64,000 bases of DNA, taken from a virus (lineage: Duplodnaviria > Caudoviricetes). Both the position numbers and the translations under genes were made by a program. Of the stretch, positions 10,552 through 19,682 are shown piece by piece; within the stretch, counting starts at the first letter, position 1; every line of letters begins with the position of its first letter. Under the pieces are notes generated by a model, which saw only the letters and a program-made list of their open reading frames with translations, had not been told where the DNA came from and searched no databases. Location of the stretch: IMG/VR virus record IMGVR_UViG_3300044675_007236. The stretch is one strand, 5' to 3'.

Positions 10552-11372
10552 ACCTCCAGTTTAGCTACAAGCTGGTTAAACTTTGAGCAGTAGTGCGAAA
10601 CAATTCGTTGTAAATGTTCTGTGCTTAGAATGTGCTTCAACACGTACCTTTCGATTTGCGGTATAAGCGGTTCTTCAGCATCGTAATCAGGTTGTTCGGC
10701 TAAAAATGCTTCCCAAGATTTCTCGCAAGCCGTATTGGTTTTTTTAGATAAACCGTCAGGTAAGTTTATGTGCATAGCTCCAAGAGACGCGTTTAACGTT
10801 TGAAGCTGCAAAAATAACCGCTGACGATTTAAGTAATCGTAGTATTCCTGTGTATTTAGAATTCGCCCTGCTGCCTGTTCTGCGTATGCTGCAGCGTATA
10901 AGGCGTCGAGCTCGTTTACGGTCAGGCCGCGAAACGCCATTTTTAATTTGCCGCCAAGAGTTTCGTAGCCCTTGGTAAATACCTTCTGCCCCAATACCGA
11001 CACAATAAAGGTAAGTTTGTCCTGCTTATCTGGTGGAGCAAGCGGTGGATTTCGTTGATCCCAACCGCAGTGCACACATACAGGCGCTATTGAGTCTGTT
11101 TTTTGTTCTTCTACTATTTCAGGCGGGGCCGCCGGAGGCGGCGGTGCAAAGTCTTGTATTTCAGGCACGAAAGAAGCTGCAGGCTGCTTTGGTGATTCAA
11201 CTTCAGCCTGAATTACAGGCACCGGTTCTGCTGTAAATACAACTGTCGAGTCGGCGGCTACGGGCTGCGATCCGGTAAAACCTTGCTCCGTAAGTAATTG
11301 ATCCAGGGTAACACCCTTAGCTTTAGCTACGGCTTCCAGCAATTCTTTTTCAGCTTTAAACTTGTTACTCAT
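10503..11372 (-). CDS. Tail assembly chaperone (gpG-like) with CxxC motif
   Basis: Start revised to MSNKFKAEK at 11372, 8 nt after the spike gene stop; CVHCGW knuckle, FRGLTVNELDAL segment; position before tape measure. Confidence 0.65.
   Translation of the reverse strand: MSNKFKAEKELLEAVAKAKGVTLDQLLTEQGFTGSQPVAADSTVVFTAEPVPVIQAEVESPKQPAASFVPEIQDFAPPPPAAPPEIVEEQKTDSIAPVCVHCGWDQRNPPLAPPDKQDKLTFIVSVLGQKVFTKGYETLGGKLKMAFRGLTVNELDALYAAAYAEQAAGRILNTQEYYDYLNRQRLFLQLQTLNASLGAMHINLPDGLSKKTNTACEKSWEAFLAEQPDYDAEEPLIPQIERYVLKHILSTEHLQRIVSHYCSKFNQLVAKLEVCIDDENFWNEIVTQL
10530..10536 (-). other. Programmed -1 ribosomal frameshift site A AAU UUU
   Basis: Codons GAA AAT TTT TGG give an X XXY YYZ heptamer; a -1 shift enters the 10003..10551 frame (AAA TTT TTG GAA CGA). 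Confidence 0.7.
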
Positions 11373-11380
11373 TGTTTTTC

Positions 11381-14188
11381 CTATAGTTTGTAGTTTCCGT
11401 CGCAAACACTTTGCTTCCACGGTTTGAAAACAGGTTCTTCGTAATTTGACTGATAGTCCGAGCGATTCTTAGCTGTTTTGTTTGATTTGTCGAACAAAAC
11501 AAAATCGTCAGTGCTACTGTAAGCCAAGAACGTTTCGTCGCCAGCCCAATTTTTCTTTCCAGGCCAAGGATAAAGATTATTTCCCTGATAAAAGACTGGC
11601 TTTTCTTCCCAGGTTGCCGAAGATACCTGGGTAAGCCCCATACGGTCTAGCTGCTGCCAGCGAGTCTCCAGCAAGAAGAATTTTCCTTCGTCGTAACCGT
11701 AAGCCGTTCCGTTTTGACTGCTGTCACGGTACGAGAAACCGAGCTCGTCTAACAAGAAAGTATTGTTACCTATACTGTTAGAAGCCCAAATACGTTCTTG
11801 CAGATACTTAATCGACGTCTGGCCAACGGTATTAAAACCAGGTACTGATTCCTCGTAAGCGCTAATGAAATCGCGAATATCTGTAGGTATGTTATTTTGT
11901 GAACTGTCGCCGACTATACCTCTTCGACACGCCATTGAACCTATAGCGAAAATACTAGCCGCCGAGTAGAGACTACCCTCTACGCCCAACGCTCCGTTCT
12001 CGGTAATTACAACATTCTTAGTAAATACAGTAGGGCCGTTAATCTTAGAGAAAGACGGACCAAAGAAGTGAGATTTAGTAACCGAAGCCTCGCCTTGGCC
12101 GGGTGTGCTGTGGTAGATTCCCATGCCAACGCTGTTTAAAAAGATGTGCTGCCTCGCGTAATTGATAAAGTCACCTCGCCCGCTGCCGCAATCTATGATG
12201 TACGTACCATAACCTTCGGCAAGTTCTTTCGTCACACCAGTTCGCACATAGTTATCCTGAGAAATCGTATTAACCGAAGCACCCTTAGCGAGCAGTGTAA
12301 TACCAGAGGACTGAACTTCTTCGCCAATCTTCTGCTGATAGTCTTGCGTTGCACCTTGACTCTTAGTCTCGAGAAGTATGCCGCCGTACCCGCTGTTACC
12401 TGCGAGTAGTTGCATATTGTTCTCGGCTTTAATGCGAACATCGTTATCGCTAGCCGAAATGTCCACGTTAGATTTTGCACGTAGAATAACGTCGTTTGCC
12501 ATGTTCACAATACGTGAACCGGACAAGACCATAACATCACCGCCAGCTTCCAGCCTAATCTGGCCGCCAGTCATAGTGATCTGCGAGCCGAAACCGTCTG
12601 CAAGAATAATGCTGCCGTCCTCTTCCAAGCGGAAAAAAGACGCAGTGTTGTAGTAATTAGCTTCACCGTAACGTTTATCGATTTCTAGTTTTTTAGGTTC
12701 CGCTTGCACGTATGCTTGTGACATACTGCCGCGGTAGAACTCGACACCTGTAGTTATTTCACTACCAGTGAATTTCTCCTGCGGATAGTGGTAGTCTCTT
12801 GAATGGTAAGCAAAAGCGTGTGTCGCTTTCCAGTTGAATTGATGCGCAATCATGTCTAAGACACCAGCTGCCCGGAGCATTGATGGAACAGTATCTTCCG
12901 CTGCTGAATTCCAGTCTTTTACTTTGTGCTCGTTGCCGTTACCGTACAGACCGCTGAATTTATAGTTGTTGTTTTCAGTTAGATCGTCACCCTTCGGATC
13001 TTCTGGTTTTCTCTTTTCCTGAGGAACTGGAATTGCAGGATACTTTACGATCGAATAACTTTTTGCGGTACGAACACCGTAGCTACCGTCGAGACTAAGA
13101 CTCTCATGAAATAACCCTAAATCCGTATTTAGCGCAGCTTGTGTTGCCAACCTGACTCCGCTGGTCTTGGCAGGCCGCATCAAGAATCGCTGATAGCCTT
13201 GGCCCAGGTACCCACCGTACTCAGTCAATCTGTGAATAGGTGTTTGATCTGGATTGGATACGTCAATTTCAGCGAGTGGAAAGTCACGATCAAGTTGAAC
13301 TTTTGCCGGGTTATTGCTGCTTGTGAAGTCTGCGTCTGGCCCGTACATCCCGGTGGCTTCCCAGGGATATATCGCGTGGCCTGTTCGCGAGTAAATCTCA
13401 CCTTCGTCAAGCCGCTGCGACAAATGTGTTGCGTACGATTGAACGTCAAGCGAAACACCAGCCAGCTTAACATAGTCATCGAAGTAGTTTAGAAACAACC
13501 CTGTAGCTTCGTTAACTCGCAAATAAGCCTGAAACGAATCGATAAGTAAACCAATACCGGTTTCAGACATACGGACATACTCGCCGATCGTCCCGTCAAT
13601 AGGCCTACCGGCGGTGTGAGCTCGAATACCTAGCCCGTCCGCAGACGAGTTTATTAGGTTAACATAAGCTGGAATTTGCTTGATGCCGGTGTTACCGCCT
13701 TGCTGTATGATTTCTGAAGGGTTAAACAAATCAGACCAAACTGGCGACGGTACGACGTTTAAGATGTAAGCTATAAACGAGCTTTTGGGTTTCCACAGGA
13801 TGACGCTCGAGTTAGGCGGAATGACTTCCCCACTTCGAACACCAAGCGGCGTCATAGCGTTGTGGCTGCCTGCAACCGCCATGCACTTGCCTTGTCTACC
13901 TGCAAGCTGCACAACGTAACAGTGAAGGTAAGGTATAGAGAATAAAACCTTACCCATTCGCAACGGAGTGTCGTCCTGAAACGTGTGGCTTTGCATGACT
14001 GCAAGCCGCTTAGGATCCTCTGCAACAGTTCCTGTTATCGACTGACTAAGAACAGAAGTAGCGTCCTGCAGCTTAGAGAAGAGGCTGTACAGGAAAGCAT
14101 AGTCGCTAGGTGCCGCACCAGTCTGCTTGGAGTCCAAGACCGCAGGGTTACTATTAACGTTTTGTGCTGAGTTCCACGGAAGTGGCAT
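11381..14188 (-). CDS. Baseplate central spike (gp5/VgrG/gpV-like)
   Basis: 935 aa; OB-fold-like N-terminal part (GEVIPPNSSVILW) and beta-helix repeats (GSQITMTGGQIRLEAGGDVMVLSG...DVILRAKSNVDISA); AAGGTGAG RBS. Confidence 0.6.
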   Translation of the reverse strand: MPLPWNSAQNVNSNPAVLDSKQTGAAPSDYAFLYSLFSKLQDATSVLSQSITGTVAEDPKRLAVMQSHTFQDDTPLRMGKVLFSIPYLHCYVVQLAGRQGKCMAVAGSHNAMTPLGVRSGEVIPPNSSVILWKPKSSFIAYILNVVPSPVWSDLFNPSEIIQQGGNTGIKQIPAYVNLINSSADGLGIRAHTAGRPIDGTIGEYVRMSETGIGLLIDSFQAYLRVNEATGLFLNYFDDYVKLAGVSLDVQSYATHLSQRLDEGEIYSRTGHAIYPWEATGMYGPDADFTSSNNPAKVQLDRDFPLAEIDVSNPDQTPIHRLTEYGGYLGQGYQRFLMRPAKTSGVRLATQAALNTDLGLFHESLSLDGSYGVRTAKSYSIVKYPAIPVPQEKRKPEDPKGDDLTENNNYKFSGLYGNGNEHKVKDWNSAAEDTVPSMLRAAGVLDMIAHQFNWKATHAFAYHSRDYHYPQEKFTGSEITTGVEFYRGSMSQAYVQAEPKKLEIDKRYGEANYYNTASFFRLEEDGSIILADGFGSQITMTGGQIRLEAGGDVMVLSGSRIVNMANDVILRAKSNVDISASDNDVRIKAENNMQLLAGNSGYGGILLETKSQGATQDYQQKIGEEVQSSGITLLAKGASVNTISQDNYVRTGVTKELAEGYGTYIIDCGSGRGDFINYARQHIFLNSVGMGIYHSTPGQGEASVTKSHFFGPSFSKINGPTVFTKNVVITENGALGVEGSLYSAASIFAIGSMACRRGIVGDSSQNNIPTDIRDFISAYEESVPGFNTVGQTSIKYLQERIWASNSIGNNTFLLDELGFSYRDSSQNGTAYGYDEGKFFLLETRWQQLDRMGLTQVSSATWEEKPVFYQGNNLYPWPGKKNWAGDETFLAYSSTDDFVLFDKSNKTAKNRSDYQSNYEEPVFKPWKQSVCDGNYKL

Positions 14189-14227
14189 AATTTATATCTC
14201 ACCTTACGGTGCGTTTGGAGCTACTTG

Positions 14228-14262
14228 AAACCAGGATAGCATTCTAACAGCTAGGCTGGTTT
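14228..14262. promoter_or_regulatory. Inverted repeat AAACCAG-N21-CTGGTTT enclosing -10-like hexamers
   Basis: Arms at 14228-14234 and 14256-14262; minus-strand spacer contains TG-T-TAGAAT and GC-TATCCT; same arms and spacing recur at 55140-55174. Confidence 0.5.
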
Positions 14263-14275
14263 TGCATCAGTGCTC

Positions 14276-14313
14276 AATAAAAAAGGCTAGCTCATTTTTA
14301 CACAAGCTAGCCT
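14276..14313 (-). terminator. Rho-independent terminator after tail tube gene
   Basis: 9-bp stem AGGCTAGCT/AGCTAGCCT, 12-nt loop, then a T-run on the minus strand. Confidence 0.8.
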
Positions 14314-14335
14314 GAAATTGCTATCTTAGTTCTGC

Positions 14336-14887
14336 TTAAGCGACTTCATCGCAGCTCAAGTTTGCGAACATTAAAGCGATGTTTTCGTTGACAATCATGT
14401 CCTGAGCCCCTACGCCAACGGTCAACCCTACCATCGTAGCGGCCTGAACCGTGTACTTGACCGTGTTAGCTACGGCATTACCGACCGCATTGCTGAAGTC
14501 TAAGACTTGGGTAGGCGTAGCACCCTGTCCGGCTTGACCGCAACCACCTGAGAAAGTAAACGTCAAATCTTGCGGAGAGCACACGTTACCCAACTCTGCG
14601 TAAAAAGCACACAAAGCACCGGACTGAGGCCCGAGCACCCGAGCAACGCTGGCGTTACCTTGAGTTCTTCCGCCGACATAGAAAACAGGAACAAAACCAC
14701 CAGCACTAGCACTGGCAGCTCCGCCATTTGAAACGTCGTAAATTCTAGCTACTTGTTGCGAGAAGTTGATTTGCACGTTTTGTACAACGCCTAAAGGCGT
14801 AGTACTACCTGCAATTGTCATAGCGGCCAAGTCGGAAGCAAAAGAGCCCGCAAAACCTGTACGCTGCCTTGAGTATACGTCAGCCAT
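14336..14887 (-). CDS. Tail tube protein
   Basis: 183 aa directly after sheath; VVQNVQINFSQQVARIYDV and FYVGGRTQG; GAGG RBS; followed by a terminator. Confidence 0.75.
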   Translation of the reverse strand: MADVYSRQRTGFAGSFASDLAAMTIAGSTTPLGVVQNVQINFSQQVARIYDVSNGGAASASAGGFVPVFYVGGRTQGNASVARVLGPQSGALCAFYAELGNVCSPQDLTFTFSGGCGQAGQGATPTQVLDFSNAVGNAVANTVKYTVQAATMVGLTVGVGAQDMIVNENIALMFANLSCDEVA

Positions 14888-14971
14888 TTTTACCTCTTAG
14901 TCGCAGCATAGGCTGCGACGGTTAGTCACAAAGGAAAGTAATTCCGAATGTTATCGGAATACTGCAACGTT

Positions 14972-17800
14972 TTAAATAACCTGATGCACTTCAATGTTGT
15001 TTGTCGCGTACGGCACAGTGTAAGTGACATACAAAACATAGCGATCTTTGAAGACTTCAGAAATAAAGAACCTGTCAATCGTAGCATCGATAAGCTGACC
15101 ACCAAGTTGCGGCGTCGAGCGTTCAGTCTTAAGAAGACGGAACAACTTGTCAGCTCCGCCAAGGATGATATCTCGCATGGAAGGTGTAACGTTAGTTACG
15201 CCGATCCAAGGTGCGAAGTAATCCTTGACACGGTAGCTGATGCTATCGACGTTGCGGGTAATCATTTCTTCACGTTGATTGATGTCTTCGTAATCGCCAG
15301 TTGTTAGAGCGTGACGCGTGTAAAGTTCGCCGTCACGGCTTTGCGTAACAATCCAGACTCCAGACTTGGCCATGTTGTCAAGCTGCAGCTTGTTGAACCG
15401 AGTTGAACGAGGTACAGCCGAGAATCCGGCGACTTGAACGTTCGTCAATCCCTGTTGCGGTAGTACAGCAGATGCGAGGCCAGCTAAAGCACAGTTCAAA
15501 AAGTAACCTTCTTGAATCAAACCGGCACCTTCAATCTTGTCAGGCCAAACAGCTCGAATACGTCTGTCGTTGTAGGCTCCGGCCACTTTGGCAATGGCCT
15601 CAGATTCCTCGCTAAGTGACAAGTTACGCCAGACTTCGATTTTAGCTGGAACCGACTGCGGAGCTGCAGGACCTGCCGCGACTCGTAGTTGGTTTTCGGA
15701 CTGTACTTCCTCGACGACGTATTCGCTGTAAGTAAAGTTGCCGAAACCGTCACCTGTGTAAATAGCTCGAACAATGTCACCTGCTCGCACTTTGTTCTTG
15801 ATGAAGTCGGAGTTGGCGGCAGGTACTCGACAAATCGTGTATTGCGTGCCGCCAGTAGCCGGATCGTCTTCAAACACAGCCAATGCGTTTTGACTGTCGG
15901 AAGTTGTTGCCGACAAATACCCTGTAACTGTAGATCCTGCCGACACCACAGGAATCTCTGGAATACCGGCAAGGTTAAACCATCCAGTTCGCCATTGCCC
16001 CTCGGTTGGCGACGATGCCCCGTTTACATGAGCCTGATACAAGCTTAAAACAGCGGGGTCGCGAGTAAGCGGTACTAGTCCGTAAACATCATCTCGAGTC
16101 GTAGCGACTTCAAGAACTTCTGCCCAGGCATCTAAATCCGAAGGGTCAGTAACAGCTGTGTAAAGTACTGGCGTACCGTTGCTGTTAGACACGCCTTGAA
16201 AAACTCCCCACTTCAACGGGTTGTCAGGAGTCAATGGGCCGCTGATCTGATCGATATCGCTGACGTTCGAAAGACCGCCAATCTGATTCGCCAAACCAGG
16301 TAACCAAGCACGGTACTCGACGTAAAGCACCCCGTAGTCAAGCTCGGACGAAGCATAAACCTCGAGAGGCAAAGCTACACCGCTGTCGGTCCAACTTGCG
16401 TCGTAAGCGATCATCCCTGACTTTACAGTAAACTCAGTAGTCGACTGTTCCCAGTTGGTAAGCGGAGCCATACCAATACGGTCGGCTGCGACTTCCAAAA
16501 GCGGTTTTCGAATGTAAAGGTCGATACCGACTTCGTCACTAGTTGCAAACGTTGAATCAAGGTTGTGTCCAAGTACAACAGTACGGACTGGCCCGTTGCT
16601 AATACCTTGAACGGCAACGTAAAACCTATCGCCTTTATTTAACTTGTTAGATGCACCAAACTCGATTGTGACACCGCGTGTGCCGATGTTAATGTCGACG
16701 CCAACTGCGGTAACCGTGTGAGGGCCACTTTGGTCAGTACCACCAACAGTTGTTACAGAAATTTCAGGCAAACTAGCGAAACTACCGCCCTTAGTTACGG
16801 TAACAATGTAAGTAGTGTCTTCTCGGCTGCTGTAAGTGCCACCGGAGCTTGCAGTCGTTGCCGTGAATGCTTGGGTAACTGTAGCCGTAAATTCCTGACC
16901 TGCGATCAAATCGTCGGGACTGACGTTGTCGTTGTCGGCTGAAAGCGAACACGCCGCGGTATCAGCATCGGAGAAAGTCACCGTGAGCCCGCGGCTACCA
17001 ATAGCCGTTGGAACACCGTTCGCCGAAGGAGTTACGTTGACTTGATCATCAGTGCCGCTAGCAGAAAGTACAAGCAGACGAGCCGTAGTGTGATCACCAC
17101 CTACCGAACTATCTAAGACCTTGATTGTGTAAGTCTCACTAACCCTACCGGCTGGTGTACCGTCGTAGGTGCAACCGTTAACGGAAGCTGTCACGCAATT
17201 AAGTGCACCGGCTGTTTGCGAGACGGTGTGTGCGCAGCTTTGTGTGTCTGCGTTTGCAGCTTCAATAGTCACAGGCGAGATAGAGGCCGCAACTTGATCA
17301 GCGACTAAAGATTGAACGTACGTCCAAAGCGTGATCGGGTCACCTAGTGTCCCGGCCCCAGTTGGAACGCCCCGCACTCTAATAACGTCGCCGACTCTTA
17401 CGTCACGGTCATAAAAATCAGGATCTCGAGCATAAGCTCCGCTAGAAGCAAAGTTGATCGAGGCAGCTCGAATGCGATTTTTTACGCCAGCTACAACTTC
17501 GACGTCGCTACCAGCACTTAGTGGATCGCTAAAATACTTGAGCAACGCATTTTCAACGTAAAGCTTGGTGTAGTCAGTGTCGATTTTGCTGCCAGCAGGT
17601 CTGTTAGGCCAGGCGTAGGTTTCATCAGATACGTTATCGTAAAGCCCCAGTCGCCCGTCCTCACGTTCGTCAGTTTGATCTTGGCGTACAAGATGTGCGT
17701 GCCCGCCAGAGATGTGCGAACAAAGCGGGTTTGCCGCAACTGCAGGCTGGTTGGTAAAGTCTTGGTAAACCAATACTTGTGGTAGAACGTAGTTTGCCAT
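14972..17800 (-). CDS. Contractile tail sheath protein (large, with beta-rich insertions)
   Basis: 942 aa; N-terminal YVLPQVLVYQ, C-terminal RNVDSISY...YVTYTVPYATNNIEV typical of sheath proteins. Confidence 0.85.
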   Translation of the reverse strand: MANYVLPQVLVYQDFTNQPAVAANPLCSHISGGHAHLVRQDQTDEREDGRLGLYDNVSDETYAWPNRPAGSKIDTDYTKLYVENALLKYFSDPLSAGSDVEVVAGVKNRIRAASINFASSGAYARDPDFYDRDVRVGDVIRVRGVPTGAGTLGDPITLWTYVQSLVADQVAASISPVTIEAANADTQSCAHTVSQTAGALNCVTASVNGCTYDGTPAGRVSETYTIKVLDSSVGGDHTTARLLVLSASGTDDQVNVTPSANGVPTAIGSRGLTVTFSDADTAACSLSADNDNVSPDDLIAGQEFTATVTQAFTATTASSGGTYSSREDTTYIVTVTKGGSFASLPEISVTTVGGTDQSGPHTVTAVGVDINIGTRGVTIEFGASNKLNKGDRFYVAVQGISNGPVRTVVLGHNLDSTFATSDEVGIDLYIRKPLLEVAADRIGMAPLTNWEQSTTEFTVKSGMIAYDASWTDSGVALPLEVYASSELDYGVLYVEYRAWLPGLANQIGGLSNVSDIDQISGPLTPDNPLKWGVFQGVSNSNGTPVLYTAVTDPSDLDAWAEVLEVATTRDDVYGLVPLTRDPAVLSLYQAHVNGASSPTEGQWRTGWFNLAGIPEIPVVSAGSTVTGYLSATTSDSQNALAVFEDDPATGGTQYTICRVPAANSDFIKNKVRAGDIVRAIYTGDGFGNFTYSEYVVEEVQSENQLRVAAGPAAPQSVPAKIEVWRNLSLSEESEAIAKVAGAYNDRRIRAVWPDKIEGAGLIQEGYFLNCALAGLASAVLPQQGLTNVQVAGFSAVPRSTRFNKLQLDNMAKSGVWIVTQSRDGELYTRHALTTGDYEDINQREEMITRNVDSISYRVKDYFAPWIGVTNVTPSMRDIILGGADKLFRLLKTERSTPQLGGQLIDATIDRFFISEVFKDRYVLYVTYTVPYATNNIEVHQVI

Positions 17801-17817
17801 CTTGTCCTCGTTTTTGA

Positions 17818-18543
17818 TTAAGGTCCTTGGTATCGACTTTTTAATGAAATGTCGTTTTCACCAAGAAAACTGGATAGTGAAACAGCTTGCAGCGGTAGTG
17901 ATTCTTCTCGCAACTCCCAGGTGTGCTCGTAAGCCCAGCTGACAGTGATCGGTACAACGTAGTTTTCAGTAGATTCTTCTAATTCCTGAATCGCACCAAC
18001 TTCGGTCACATTAAACTGCCGTAAATCAAGTTTCTTCCGTATTATCGGCGAAAACTCAAGTAACTGGTTTTGTACCTCGGTTGCGAGCACTTCAGTAGAA
18101 GCCCCTGTTTGATGTATGCAAAAAAGCGTGTGCGAACCCACAAAATGTGTGGAATATCGCGTTATAGCACCCTTTTCGTTTTTGTAGGCGACCAATCCTT
18201 CACCCTGAATTTGATGGGCAAAACCCATAGCCAAATTTCGGAAAGAATTGCGTTTGATCATAATCGCAGGACGTTTTTCAACTATATCGCCCCGAAATCT
18301 ATGAACAGTTTCGATCAATATACCGGAATCAGGTTGCTCTTTCCATAGATATTGTTTGAGCTCTGGCATCAATATGTTTTGAGAACTAGACCACTGACGT
18401 ATAAGAAAATCTCTAAAGAAACCCGTTATAAGTATTGGCTGCCAATTGTTCTGACACAAGAAATCGAAATTAACCGTACTTTGCGTACCGTAGTTATCTT
18501 TAGACGGCTGAGGATCCGGCGTTGGGCACCAATCAGTGGTCAT
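17818..18543 (-). CDS. Putative tail terminator / neck protein
   Basis: 241 aa directly upstream of sheath; KRPAIMIKR and YVVPITVSWAY beta pattern. Confidence 0.5.
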   Translation of the reverse strand: MTTDWCPTPDPQPSKDNYGTQSTVNFDFLCQNNWQPILITGFFRDFLIRQWSSSQNILMPELKQYLWKEQPDSGILIETVHRFRGDIVEKRPAIMIKRNSFRNLAMGFAHQIQGEGLVAYKNEKGAITRYSTHFVGSHTLFCIHQTGASTEVLATEVQNQLLEFSPIIRKKLDLRQFNVTEVGAIQELEESTENYVVPITVSWAYEHTWELREESLPLQAVSLSSFLGENDISLKSRYQGP

Positions 18544-18758
18544 TTACGTTTATCCATTTGTTGAATAACAAGTTCCGGATCGTAATCCCATTTTTTCATA
18601 TTTAGCTTAGTAACAAACGGATTACTGCCTTTAGAATTAGTCTTTTCTTTTGCTTTTTCTGCTAAATGTGAAGCCTTGGCGTGCTCCTCGTTTTGAGGCA
18701 AACCTAGAGGATAATGCAAACCCGACGGAGCAAATCTAGGGATATGTGTCATCAGCAA
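18540..18758 (-). CDS. Small hypothetical protein
   Basis: 72 aa, fills the gap with overlaps on both neighbours. Confidence 0.45.
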   Translation of the reverse strand: MLMTHIPRFAPSGLHYPLGLPQNEEHAKASHLAEKAKEKTNSKGSNPFVTKLNMKKWDYDPELVIQQMDKRK

Positions 18759-19675
18759 CGCTCCTGCAACCAGGCGTCTTGCTGCGGAATAGGTATACGG
18801 TAAGCTACATCTGTAAACGGGGCTGGTCTAAGATTAACCTGCGCAATAATAGGAACACCCCGCATTTCATAAATATTTTGCGTCGCTTCAATGTAATACC
18901 TAATATCAGTTTTTCTTGAAACCCATACGTCTTGCTCGCTGATAATAGGCAACATAAGCATCCTGGCTCTGATTTGAATGTCTTGGACCGTTCCTCTAAC
19001 AGCTTGGTCGTCGACGTTTAGCTTGCTGGCACTTGGGGACAGATCAGCCCATACGCAAGCCAGCGGATAGTAATAACCGCACTGTTTGCCTGTACCCCAG
19101 CACTGGGGGCAGTACGGGTCGGTTATTTCCATTGTCTGCGGATCAAGACAACGTGGGCAGTTTGCACCTGTCATTCTACGTTTTAGTAAGTAGCCGTCTT
19201 GCGAGGTGTATCCAAATCTAAGCTTTTCTTTGCGGGCGATTTCTCTAGCCAGCCGCCAGTCTCTAGGATCTAATATGCCAGTTTGAGAAGCCGGGTCTGA
19301 GAAATAAGTCTGACTCGGCGTTATTAACTTGACTCTATAATATGTTGCAAGTGTTTTAGTAAAAGCTCGCTGTTGCGGGTCTAGTGCGTAGCAAGTGTTC
19401 TCTACAGCTAGGCCTACGTCTTGCCAATCGTCGGCATCTGGATTTCCTGTAGCTCCTACCTGCAATTGAAAAAGCCAAGGCTGCAAATCGTTAAATGAAG
19501 AAAGCAGCTGCCACATGACCCGAGTGCCGCCACGCATCAGATAAGATACGTGTACCATGTCAAACACGTTTTCGCAGCTAGGTGGACAAGGTTTAGCTTC
19601 GCAAGATATGTAGCGGTTTTGCTTTACCTTGCTCGAGTTGTCCACTCCGGGTGAAGTACTTCCGTTTAACGTCAT
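18752..19675 (-). CDS. Putative head-closure/neck protein with Zn-finger
   Basis: 307 aa; CPRC...CPQCWGTG (CxxCxGxG) zinc ribbon; neck-region position. Confidence 0.55.
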   Translation of the reverse strand: MTLNGSTSPGVDNSSKVKQNRYISCEAKPCPPSCENVFDMVHVSYLMRGGTRVMWQLLSSFNDLQPWLFQLQVGATGNPDADDWQDVGLAVENTCYALDPQQRAFTKTLATYYRVKLITPSQTYFSDPASQTGILDPRDWRLAREIARKEKLRFGYTSQDGYLLKRRMTGANCPRCLDPQTMEITDPYCPQCWGTGKQCGYYYPLACVWADLSPSASKLNVDDQAVRGTVQDIQIRARMLMLPIISEQDVWVSRKTDIRYYIEATQNIYEMRGVPIIAQVNLRPAPFTDVAYRIPIPQQDAWLQERC

Positions 19676-19682
19676 ACGTTAC

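Noticed and set aside
87-17800. Tailocin, eCIS or T6SS interpretation of the contractile tail genes
   Set aside because: Neck, capsid, scaffold, protease, RNAP and RNR genes are co-linear on the same strand, indicating a phage
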